A stretch of 64,000 nucleotides of DNA from Dehalococcoidia bacterium (GTDB lineage: Bacteria; Chloroflexota; Dehalococcoidia; UBA2979). Below, in pieces: positions 1-7,926 of the stretch. The DNA is taken from contig OZ219871.1 of the NCBI GenBank assembly GCA_964291495.2, forward strand, positions 672,001 to 736,000, read 5' to 3'. The notes beneath the pieces were generated by a model that worked only from the letters and a program-made list of their open reading frames with translations, searched no databases and was not told the DNA's origin. The position numbers and the translations under genes were made by a program. The stretch's first letter is position 1. Each line of letters starts with the position of its first letter.

Positions 1-973
1 GCTCGGTGAGATAGATCTTCTGGATTGAAGACTCGACGCGCAGCTTGAGCCCCGACGTGAGCTTCGAAGCCGTTATCGCCTGGAAGACCTCGCCCGCTTC
101 CATCTCGATGAAGAACTGCGCGAGCCGGTCCCGCACCCATGGGTCCTGTGCCAGCGGCCTGCCGTTCAGCGATGCGCTCCGGACGAACGCCAGCAGCTCG
201 TCGAGCAGCAGCGGGAGGTGGCCGTAGGGGATCCCGCTGGTGCGGTCGAGGTCGAGCGCCTCGCGGACGTAGTCCCAGCCCTTGTTCTCCTCACCGAGGA
301 GGTGATCCGCGGGGACCCGGACGTCGTCGTAGAAGCTGGCCGCCACGCCGCGCTCTCCCGGGCCGCCGGTCCCGGTAAACCCCGGGCGGTCGTGCTCGAC
401 GAAGAGCAGCGAGATGCCCTCGCGCAGGGGCGCGTCCGGGTCGGTGCGTACGGCGAGGTAGATGATGTTGCCCTCCTGGGGGCGGCTGAACACCTTCTGG
501 CCGTTGATCACGTACTCGTCGCCGTCTCGCACCGCCCGCGTCTGCAGGTTCGCCAGGTCGGAGCCCGTCTCGGGCTCGGTGAACCCGAGCGAGAAATCGA
601 TCTCGCCGGCGCGGATCAGGGGGAGCACCTCCTCCTTCATCCAGGGCGACCCGTACTTGATGATGAGCGGGCCCATGATGTTCACGGCGTACAGCGAGAG
701 CGGCGCCTCGATCCGCGAGCACTCGTCGCTGAGGATGAAGCGTTCCATGGGCGTGAACTTCGCGGTGCCTCCGTACTCGGCTGGCCAGCCGAGTGCGTAC
801 CAGCCGCGTTCGGCGACCTTCTGCCGGAAGCGCCTGACCGCCGCGCGCCGGGCCGGGGTCAACACTCGCCCCTGGCGCCTCGCCACGCGCACCTCGGGCG
901 GCCACGCCTCCTCGAGGAACTCGCGGATCTCTCGCCGGAATCGCTGCTCGTCCGCGCTGAAACCGAAGTCCAC
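1..973 (-). CDS. Acyl-CoA dehydrogenase family protein (3' end runs off the window)
   Basis: Read by hand from GTG at 973 after a GGGGAG RBS: MDFGFSADEQRFRREIREFL...FSLGFTEPETGSDLANLQTRA...YVINGQKVF. Confidence 0.9.
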   Translation of the reverse strand, partial: MDFGFSADEQRFRREIREFLEEAWPPEVRVARRQGRVLTPARRAAVRRFRQKVAERGWYALGWPAEYGGTAKFTPMERFILSDECSRIEAPLSLYAVNIMGPLIIKYGSPWMKEEVLPLIRAGEIDFSLGFTEPETGSDLANLQTRAVRDGDEYVINGQKVFSRPQEGNIIYLAVRTDPDAPLREGISLLFVEHDRPGFTGTGGPGERGVAASFYDDVRVPADHLLGEENKGWDYVREALDLDRTSGIPYGHLPLLLDELLAFVRSASLNGRPLAQDPWVRDRLAQFFIEMEAGEVFQAITASKLTSGLKLRVESSIQKIYLTE

Positions 974-983
974 GCCGCTCCCC

Positions 984-2048
984 CTAGGGCCCGAGGATGG
1001 CGTCGGCGATCGCCCGGCGGTGCTCGTGCGCCGTCCCGTAGGCCGTCGTCAATCCGATCCCGATGCGGTACGAGAGCTGGGCCGGGTGGTCATCGCTGTG
1101 CCCGACACCGCCGTGCACCTGGATCGCGTCGCGGGTGACGCGCGCGGCCGCGTCGCCCATATACGCCTTCGCGTAGCGGGCGGCGCGCTCGAACGGCTCC
1201 CCGGTCGCCTGCAGCCAGGCAGCCTTGTAGACGAGGTATCGCCCGACCTCGATGTCGACCACCATGTTCGCGCACTTGTGTGAGATCGCCTGGAAGGCGC
1301 CGATCAGCTTGCCGAAGGCCCGGCGCTGCTTCGCGTAATCGGAGGCGAGCTCCAGCGACCGCTCGCAGAGCCCGAGCAGGAGAAGCGCGCTGGCAACCGC
1401 GCCGTGCGCGACGACGTCCGCCTGCAGACCGTCTGCGCTGACGGCCTCGCCCATGGCCCCGTCGAGCCGCACCTCGAACAGCGGGTCGCCGCCGGAGGTC
1501 GGCAGTCGCTCGAACGTGACGCCCTCGCCCGTCACCGGCACGACCGCCATCCGCTCCTCCTCGTCGAGCGGCAGCAGGAGATGCGTGGCGAGGTTCGCCC
1601 AGGGGACGGCGCCGGAGACGCCGGACAGCGCGACCGTGCCGTTGGAGGATCCAACGGCCCTCGGGCTCTCGCCCTCGCCGTCGCTATAGAGCGCGGGGAT
1701 GACGACGGCCTCGCCGTCCGCGATCGCGGCTGCCAGGTCGGGTGCGGCCCGCACGAGCGGTAGCCCGCTCGCGATGGTCGAGTGGTGATACGGGCTCACG
1801 GCGCAGGCTCTGCCCATCTCCTCAAGGAGCAGCACGATGTCGAGGAGGCCACCGCCGGTACCGCCCAACTGCTCCGGGAACGGGGCCGAGGTCCAGCCCA
1901 GATCGAGCATGCCGCTCCAGATCCCGAGGTCGAAACCCTCATCGCTCTGGTAGATGTCGCGCATCCGGTCGATCGGGTACTCGCGCGCGAAGAAGTCGCG
2001 GCTGGCCTGCCCGAGCAGTTCCTGGATTTCGCTGAACTGGTGGTCCAT
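984..2048 (-). CDS. Acyl-CoA dehydrogenase family protein (short, beta-subunit-like partner of the adjacent ACAD)
   Basis: YAKQRRAFGKLIGAFQAISHKCA and AIQVHGGVG motifs; start moved to ATG 2048 (MDHQFSEIQELL) after GAAGGGG. Confidence 0.88.
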   Translation of the reverse strand: MDHQFSEIQELLGQASRDFFAREYPIDRMRDIYQSDEGFDLGIWSGMLDLGWTSAPFPEQLGGTGGGLLDIVLLLEEMGRACAVSPYHHSTIASGLPLVRAAPDLAAAIADGEAVVIPALYSDGEGESPRAVGSSNGTVALSGVSGAVPWANLATHLLLPLDEEERMAVVPVTGEGVTFERLPTSGGDPLFEVRLDGAMGEAVSADGLQADVVAHGAVASALLLLGLCERSLELASDYAKQRRAFGKLIGAFQAISHKCANMVVDIEVGRYLVYKAAWLQATGEPFERAARYAKAYMGDAAARVTRDAIQVHGGVGHSDDHPAQLSYRIGIGLTTAYGTAHEHRRAIADAILGP

Positions 2049-2255
2049 CAGGGCCCCTTCGAGCCTGCGCGCCGCCGCTGTGGTCTTCTCCGAGCCCGCG
2101 CACTGTGGACTATCACGTTGACTATACAGCCAGCGCGGCTCCCGGGATGCGGAGCACCGAGCCCAGTTCGCGCTGGGATCCGAACCGCAGTCGGCCCGTC
2201 CACGTGCGCACCTGCCCGAAGACGCTGACCTGTCGCGCGACCTCTCGCGCCTCGA

Positions 2256-2283
2256 TTGACGTGCATCTTTCGGGCGATAGAAT
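2256..2283 (+). promoter_or_regulatory. Sigma70-type promoter TTGACG-16-TAGAAT containing AmtR-like operator copy 1 (2267-2283)
   Basis: TTGACGTGCATCTTTCGGGCGATAGAAT upstream of the CoA-transferase at 2473; the 17-mer recurs identically six times. Confidence 0.8.
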
Positions 2284-2472
2284 GCGTTCGATCTGCCGTG
2301 AGCATGACCGTGGTGGCGGTGCCCTATCACCAGCTCGAGTGGCTCGGCCGTGGTTCGGTCTGCGGCCTCCGCTCGCTCCCGCTGCGAGTGACCCCGCGGA
2401 GCTGATCACCCGCCCGCGCGACGATCCGGGGCGAGGCGCGCGGGCTTCGCCGGCGACCCGAAGGGGGCTGCC

Positions 2473-3687
2473 TTGGCTCAGCTGCTCGAGGGCATGCGGG
2501 TGCTCGATCTGGGCCGGAACGTGGCGGCGCCATTCGCCGCCAAACTCCTCGCGGACTACGGCGCGGAGGTGCTCAAGGTCGAACCCCCTGCCGGCGACCC
2601 GGCGCGCCGCGTGGGCCCGTTCCTCCGCGACGAGCCCAACCCGGAGACCTCCGCGCTCTTCCTGCACCTCAACACCAACAAGCGAGGCATCACCCTGGAC
2701 CTCGCGACGCCCGAGGGGCAGCGCATCCTGCGGCGGCTCGCCGCCGACGCCGACGCGATCGTCGAGGACTTCGCACCCGGCCAGCTGGAGGCGTGGGGCA
2801 TCGGTTACGAGGCGCTCGCGGCCGATCATCCGGAGCTGGTCCTCGCCTCGATCACGCCGTTCGGGCAGAGCGGCCCGTACCGCGACTACCGCGGCTCGGA
2901 GATCACGCTGCAGGCGCTGGGCGGTTCGCTACACAGCAACGGATCGGCCGAGCGCTACCCGGTGAAGCTGGGCGGACACGCCGCGCACTACTACGCGGGC
3001 ACTGCAGCGGCGCTGGCGGTGATGCTCGCCTGCTACCGCGTCGATGGGGGTGAGCGTGGCGACTGGATCGACCTCGCGGTGTACGAGACGCAGGCGGGCT
3101 CGATGGACCGGCGGAGGTACTTCCTGACCGTCGCCGCCTACACCGGCTACCCGGCGCGCCGCCAATCGCCGGGCTCGCACGTGATCTCGGGCGTACGGCC
3201 GACGCCTGATGGCTACGTCAACGTCGCCGGCATGCACCGCCCGGATGCGCTGCTCCGCCTGATCGGGCGCGACGACCTGCTGGGCCCCGAGGGGATCGAA
3301 CGGTCGGCGTTCACGGAGCCGGGCGCCTTCCTCGAGGAGGTCGAGACCTCCTTCCTCGGCTGGCTGCTTCAGCGCGGCAAGCGGGAGGTCGTGGACGAGA
3401 TGCAGGAGCGGCGCATCCTCGCGGGGCTGTTGCAGACGACCGAGGACCTGCTGGAGGACGAGCACTACCGCAGCCGCGGCGTGTGGGAGACGGTGGACCA
3501 TCCCGAGACCGGGCCGATCGAGTACCCCGGCCGGCAGCTCGTCCTCAGCGAGACGCCGAAGGCGCCGGCCGTGCGCGCCCCGCTGCTCTCCGAGCACACC
3601 GCCGAGGTGCTCGTCGGCGAACTCGGCGCGGACCTCGGGCTGACGCACGCCGACCTGCCGCGACTTCGCGCCGAGGGGGTAGTCTGA
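2473..3687 (+). CDS. Family III (CaiB/BaiF) CoA-transferase lacking the catalytic Asp (BbsE-like subunit)
   Basis: LEGMRVLDL, LADYGAEVLKVEP, LNTNKRGITLDL; GHAAHYYAG has His at the Asp position. Confidence 0.9.
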   Translation: MAQLLEGMRVLDLGRNVAAPFAAKLLADYGAEVLKVEPPAGDPARRVGPFLRDEPNPETSALFLHLNTNKRGITLDLATPEGQRILRRLAADADAIVEDFAPGQLEAWGIGYEALAADHPELVLASITPFGQSGPYRDYRGSEITLQALGGSLHSNGSAERYPVKLGGHAAHYYAGTAAALAVMLACYRVDGGERGDWIDLAVYETQAGSMDRRRYFLTVAAYTGYPARRQSPGSHVISGVRPTPDGYVNVAGMHRPDALLRLIGRDDLLGPEGIERSAFTEPGAFLEEVETSFLGWLLQRGKREVVDEMQERRILAGLLQTTEDLLEDEHYRSRGVWETVDHPETGPIEYPGRQLVLSETPKAPAVRAPLLSEHTAEVLVGELGADLGLTHADLPRLRAEGVV

Positions 3688-3700
3688 TGGCCGCACCGCC
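3649..3700 (+). repeat. 52-bp imperfect direct repeat, copy 1 (CoA-transferase stop/start junction)
   Basis: 42/52 identical to 4518-4569 by manual alignment. Confidence 0.8.
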
Positions 3701-3745
3701 AAGGACTGGAGGCACGTCCGGTGCGGCGAGCGAGAGGAGCCGACG

Positions 3746-4492
3746 ATGAGCGAACGACTCAGAATCGGAGTCATGCTCCCGGCGGGGGACGGTACAGCCG
3801 AGCCGGATTTTCAGAGGCTCTTCGCGCCCTTTGGGGTCACCGTGCACAGCCACCGGCTCTGGCATGAGAGCGAACTCGAACCTCTGACCCGCTTCGACCG
3901 CATGAACTCCCAGATCGCCGAGGCGACCAGATACCTTTCGAGAGTGGACCTCGCCGCGATCGCATATTGCTGCACGGGAGGGAGCTTCTATCGAGGGTCG
4001 GGCTGGGACACCGAGATATTGCAGTTGATCGAGTCCGCCTCCGGAGGAACACCGGCGTTCGCCACCAGTCCCTCCGTCATCAAGGCGCTTCGCTCAGTGG
4101 GCGCGAAGAAGGTGTCGGCGATCACCCCGTACCCGGACTGGTTCAACGAGAGGCTACGGCTGTACCTGGAGGCGAAGGGCCTCGAAGTGCTCAATGTGGA
4201 TGCGCATCCAACGCCGGCTTCCCGCGTGATCCCCATCTACGATCATGACCCCGAGGAGATAGTCGAATTCGCACGCGAGAAATGCAGCCCGGACGCCGAC
4301 GTCCTGCTGTGTTCGTGCACCGACTGGCGTTCGCTGGAGGTCGTGAGCCGGTTGGAGGAGCAGCTTGGGATACCGGTCATCACCTCGAATCAGGCCACGA
4401 TCTGGGACATTGCGCAGAGACTCGATCTACCCGGACCCATCGATGGATACGGCAGCTTGTTCAAGGGGCTTGGTGCGGCGGTGGCCGGCTAG
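3746..4492 (+). CDS. Maleate cis-trans isomerase / Asp-Glu racemase family protein
   Basis: RIGVMLP, YCCTGGS, ITPY, CSCTDW and PVITSNQA; two catalytic Cys motifs. Confidence 0.88.
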   Translation: MSERLRIGVMLPAGDGTAEPDFQRLFAPFGVTVHSHRLWHESELEPLTRFDRMNSQIAEATRYLSRVDLAAIAYCCTGGSFYRGSGWDTEILQLIESASGGTPAFATSPSVIKALRSVGAKKVSAITPYPDWFNERLRLYLEAKGLEVLNVDAHPTPASRVIPIYDHDPEEIVEFAREKCSPDADVLLCSCTDWRSLEVVSRLEEQLGIPVITSNQATIWDIAQRLDLPGPIDGYGSLFKGLGAAVAG

Positions 4493-4517
4493 TGCTTGAC
4501 CAGGTCGCAGCAAGCGC

Positions 4518-4569
4518 GCCGACCTGTCGCGGCTCCGCGAGCACGGGGTAAGCTGATGGCCGCGCCGCC
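4518..4569 (+). repeat. 52-bp imperfect direct repeat, copy 2
   Basis: Encodes the remnant ADLSRLREHGVS* overlapping the ATG of the next gene, mirroring ADLPRLRAEGVV* at 3649-3687. Confidence 0.8.
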
Positions 4570-5911
4570 GCCCCCTGGGAACACGCCGCGACGCCTCCCC
4601 CTCGAGGGCGTTCGCGTGGCCACGATCACGGTCTTCTGGGCGGGACCGCACGTCACGCAGTTGTTGGCGGAGTGGGGCGCCGACGTCGTCCGCGTCGAGC
4701 CGATCAACGTCGTGCAGCCGGGCACGCGGTTCGCCGAGCACGTCGCCACGCCCGAGCAGGCCCGGGAGCTGGCGGAGCAGGGGCAGATCTTCGTCTACTA
4801 CCCCGACTTCGATCCGGGCGACGAGCCCTGGAACCGCAACTCCGAGTTCAACGCGCACTCCCGCAATCAACGGTCGATGGCCGCCGACATCATGCAACCC
4901 GAGGGCCGCGAGGCGTTGCTCCGCCTGATCGAGCAGAGCGACGTGTTCATCGAGAACAACGTCCCCGAGACAATCGAGCGGGCGAACCTCACCTACGAGG
5001 CGCTGCGCGAGGTCAACCCCCGGATCATCGTGCTGCGGATGCCAGCGTACGGCCTCGACGGCCCGTACAAGAACTACCGCGCGTGGGGCACCCACGTGGA
5101 GGGGATGATCGGCCACCACCTGATCCGCTCCTACCCGGACGAGACGCCGGACCGCATGAGCCCCGCGTTCACGGCCGACGCGCTCTCCGGCGTGACCGGC
5201 GCGTTCGCCGTGGTCGCGGCGCTTCGCCATCGCGACCGCACCGGCGAGGGCCAGCAGATCGAGATGCCGCTCGCCGAGGCGTACCTGCCGGCGCTCGGTG
5301 AGTACATCCTCGACTACACGATGAACGGCCGGATCACGCCCCAGCTCGGCAACCGGCACCACGCCCACGCGCCCCACGGCGTCTACCCGACGGCCGGCGA
5401 GGACCACTGGATCGCCATCGACGTCGGTTCCGACGAGGAGTTCGCCGCGCTCTGCGACATCCTCGAGGCCCCCGCGCTTGCCGCGGACGAGCGCTTCCAG
5501 ACGAGCCAGGGCCGCTGGATGGAGTCGGAAGCGCTCGATGCGGAGCTGGGCGCCTACACCCGTGCGCACGATCGCCACGAGCTGTTCCACGCGCTGCAGC
5601 GCGCCGGGGTCACGGCGGCGCCGGTGCACGACGAGCTGGACGCGTTGGCCTCGGAGCAGCTGGCCGCGCGCGAGTGGTTCGAGGAGACCGAGTATCCCGG
5701 CGTCGGGACGCACCGCTACCCGGGACTGCTCTTCAGGATGGCGAACACGCCGAATCGCGTGCCCACGCCACCGCCGCGGCTGGGCGAGCACAGTCGCGAC
5801 ATCTACCTCGAGTTGCTCGGCTACAGCGCCGAGGAGTACGAGGCGCTCGAGGCTCGCGGGCTGGTCGGCGAGGGCTATGCGCCCGGTGTCGTGCAGTGGC
5901 CCTCGGACTGA
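4556..5911 (+). CDS. Family III CoA-transferase with catalytic Asp (BbsF-like subunit)
   Basis: PLEGVRV, WAGP, LAEWGADVVRVE and FTADALSG; start at ATG 4556. Confidence 0.9.
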   Translation: MAAPPPPGNTPRRLPLEGVRVATITVFWAGPHVTQLLAEWGADVVRVEPINVVQPGTRFAEHVATPEQARELAEQGQIFVYYPDFDPGDEPWNRNSEFNAHSRNQRSMAADIMQPEGREALLRLIEQSDVFIENNVPETIERANLTYEALREVNPRIIVLRMPAYGLDGPYKNYRAWGTHVEGMIGHHLIRSYPDETPDRMSPAFTADALSGVTGAFAVVAALRHRDRTGEGQQIEMPLAEAYLPALGEYILDYTMNGRITPQLGNRHHAHAPHGVYPTAGEDHWIAIDVGSDEEFAALCDILEAPALAADERFQTSQGRWMESEALDAELGAYTRAHDRHELFHALQRAGVTAAPVHDELDALASEQLAAREWFEETEYPGVGTHRYPGLLFRMANTPNRVPTPPPRLGEHSRDIYLELLGYSAEEYEALEARGLVGEGYAPGVVQWPSD

Positions 5912-5921
5912 TGGCGCCTGG

Positions 5922-6827
5922 CTAGCGGTTGCGCACGTAGGGGCTCGTCGCCTCGACGATCGCGTCGGCCAGGAAGTTCAGCGCGACGAGCAGGAGCGCG
6001 AGCGCCGCGGTAGGCGCCAGCACATACCACCAGATGCCGCGCGTCAGGAACTGCCTGGACGAGTCCAGCAGCAGCCCGAGCGTCGGCGTCGGGGGTGACG
6101 CGCCCAGCCCGAGGAAGCTCAGCGCCGCCTCCCCGACGATCGAGAACGCGACGACGAGCGCCGCCTGGACCAGGAGCGGCGGCAAGGTGTTGATCGCGAT
6201 GTGGCGCATGATGATCCGGATCGGTCCGGCGCCCAGCGTGCGCGCCGCCAGCACGTAGTCGCGCTCCTTCTCCTGCAGCACCTGCCCGCGCGCGAGTCGC
6301 GCGAAGTTGGGGATCGCCCCGATGCCGAGCGTGATCGCGACCTCGCGCGTGCCGGTCCCGAGGACGGTCAGGACGACGAGCGCCATGATGATCCCGGGGA
6401 ACGCCAGCATCGTGTCGATGAGCCGCATCAGGATCGCGTCGGCCCAGCGGCCGGCGTACCCGGCGCAATAGCCCACGGGGACGCCGATCGACATCCCGAT
6501 GGCGAGTGCGCCCGCGCCGACGAAGAGCGAGATCCGGATGCCGTAGAGCACGCGGCTGAACAGGTCGCGGCTCAGGTCATCGGTGCCGAAGAGGTGATCC
6601 CAGGAGGGCGCCAGGAGGCGAGTGCCCCGGATCTGATCCGCGAAGTGGTGCGGGGCGATCCACGGCGCCAGCAGGGCGGACAGCCCGAACACGCCGAGGA
6701 TCACCAGCGCGATCTGACCCCGGCGCTCGCGGGCCACGCGATACAGGGCGTCGAACCACTGTGACTGCTGACGCCACGTCTGCACGCGCCCCCGGACGAG
6801 GAACTCCCGCTGCTGCCCGACGGCCAT
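5922..6827 (-). CDS. Peptide/nickel ABC transporter permease (OppC/DppC-like)
   Basis: HLFGTDDLSRDLFSRVLYG, DYVLAARTLGA (EAA loop), EAALSFLGLG. Confidence 0.93.
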   Translation of the reverse strand: MAVGQQREFLVRGRVQTWRQQSQWFDALYRVARERRGQIALVILGVFGLSALLAPWIAPHHFADQIRGTRLLAPSWDHLFGTDDLSRDLFSRVLYGIRISLFVGAGALAIGMSIGVPVGYCAGYAGRWADAILMRLIDTMLAFPGIIMALVVLTVLGTGTREVAITLGIGAIPNFARLARGQVLQEKERDYVLAARTLGAGPIRIIMRHIAINTLPPLLVQAALVVAFSIVGEAALSFLGLGASPPTPTLGLLLDSSRQFLTRGIWWYVLAPTAALALLLVALNFLADAIVEATSPYVRNR

Positions 6828-7771
6828 CAGGACACGCGGATTCGAGGATCAACGAAGCCGTAGGCGATGTCGGCCACGACGTTCGCCGTCACGAAGACCG
6901 TGACCAGCACCACGAGCATGCCCTGGATGAGCTGGTAGTCCCGGAACTGGACACCGCTGATGATCAGGGTCCCGAAGCCGGGTCGCACGAACACGATCTC
7001 GACGATCACCGCGCCGGAGATCAGCCAGCCGACCTCCAGGGCGATGACGGTGATCACCGGGATCAACGCGTTGCGCATCGCATGGCGCAGCACGACCGTC
7101 CGCTCTCGCAACCCCTTCGCGCGCGCCGTCCGCACGTAGTCCTGGTTCAACGCTTCCATGAGTGAGCTGCGCACGAAGCGGGCAAGGATGGCCGCAGGGC
7201 CGACGCCGATCGCGATCGTCGGCATGATCAGGAACTTGAGCGCCTCGATCGGATTCTCGTTGATGGGCACCCGTCCGGTGATTGGAAGCAGGTCGAAGTG
7301 GACCGCGAGCACCCAGATCAGGAGGAGCCCGAAGACGAAGTTCGGGATGCCAAGCGTGAGCATGGTGAATCCGGTCGCGACGTAGTCGGGGAACCCGCCG
7401 GGTTTGAGGCCGGCGAAGATCCCCAGCGGGACGCCAACGACCACCATGAACAGGAAGCCGGCCGTCGCAAGCTCGGCGCTCGGGAGGAGGGCGGCCCTCA
7501 GCAGGGCGCCCACCTCGACGGTACGGCTAAACGACCGCCCGAAGTCGCCCCGCACCGCGCCGGTCAACCAGGTGACGTACTGCTCCCACGCCGGGCGGTC
7601 CAGCCCGATCTGACGTCGTACCTTCTCGACCTGCTCGGGTGTCGCGTCCCTTCCCGCCAGCACTTGAGCCGGGTCGCCCGGGATCAGGCGCAGAACCGAG
7701 AAGATCAGGAGGGACGCCAGCAGCATCACGATCAGGCCCTGACCGATGCGGCTGACCAAGAACGGCAACAT
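6827..7771 (-). CDS. Peptide/nickel ABC transporter permease (OppB/DppB-like)
   Basis: PGDPAQ, GDFGRS, QDYVRTARAKGL, HAMRNA, DPRIR; start at ATG 7771. Confidence 0.93.
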   Translation of the reverse strand: MLPFLVSRIGQGLIVMLLASLLIFSVLRLIPGDPAQVLAGRDATPEQVEKVRRQIGLDRPAWEQYVTWLTGAVRGDFGRSFSRTVEVGALLRAALLPSAELATAGFLFMVVVGVPLGIFAGLKPGGFPDYVATGFTMLTLGIPNFVFGLLLIWVLAVHFDLLPITGRVPINENPIEALKFLIMPTIAIGVGPAAILARFVRSSLMEALNQDYVRTARAKGLRERTVVLRHAMRNALIPVITVIALEVGWLISGAVIVEIVFVRPGFGTLIISGVQFRDYQLIQGMLVVLVTVFVTANVVADIAYGFVDPRIRVS

Positions 7772-7842
7772 GTGCGGCGCTCCCCCTGGCGAACGATAGC
7801 AGCGCGCCCAGCCGGACGGCGGATCGACCGTCCGCACGGGCG

Positions 7843-7898
7843 CATACGACGACCGCTCGCCTCACATCATCGGATGTGAGACGAGCGGCCGTCGTGTG
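7843..7898 (-). terminator. 26-bp-arm stem-loop between the SBP and permease genes (mRNA stabiliser or partial terminator)
   Basis: Arms CATACGACGACCGCTCGCCTCACATC and GATGTGAGACGAGCGGCCGTCGTGTG with a 4-nt loop; two of three mismatches are G-U pairs on the minus-strand transcript. Confidence 0.65.
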
Positions 7899-7926
7899 TT
7901 CCGGGAAGCGGAAGTCCGATCCTCGG

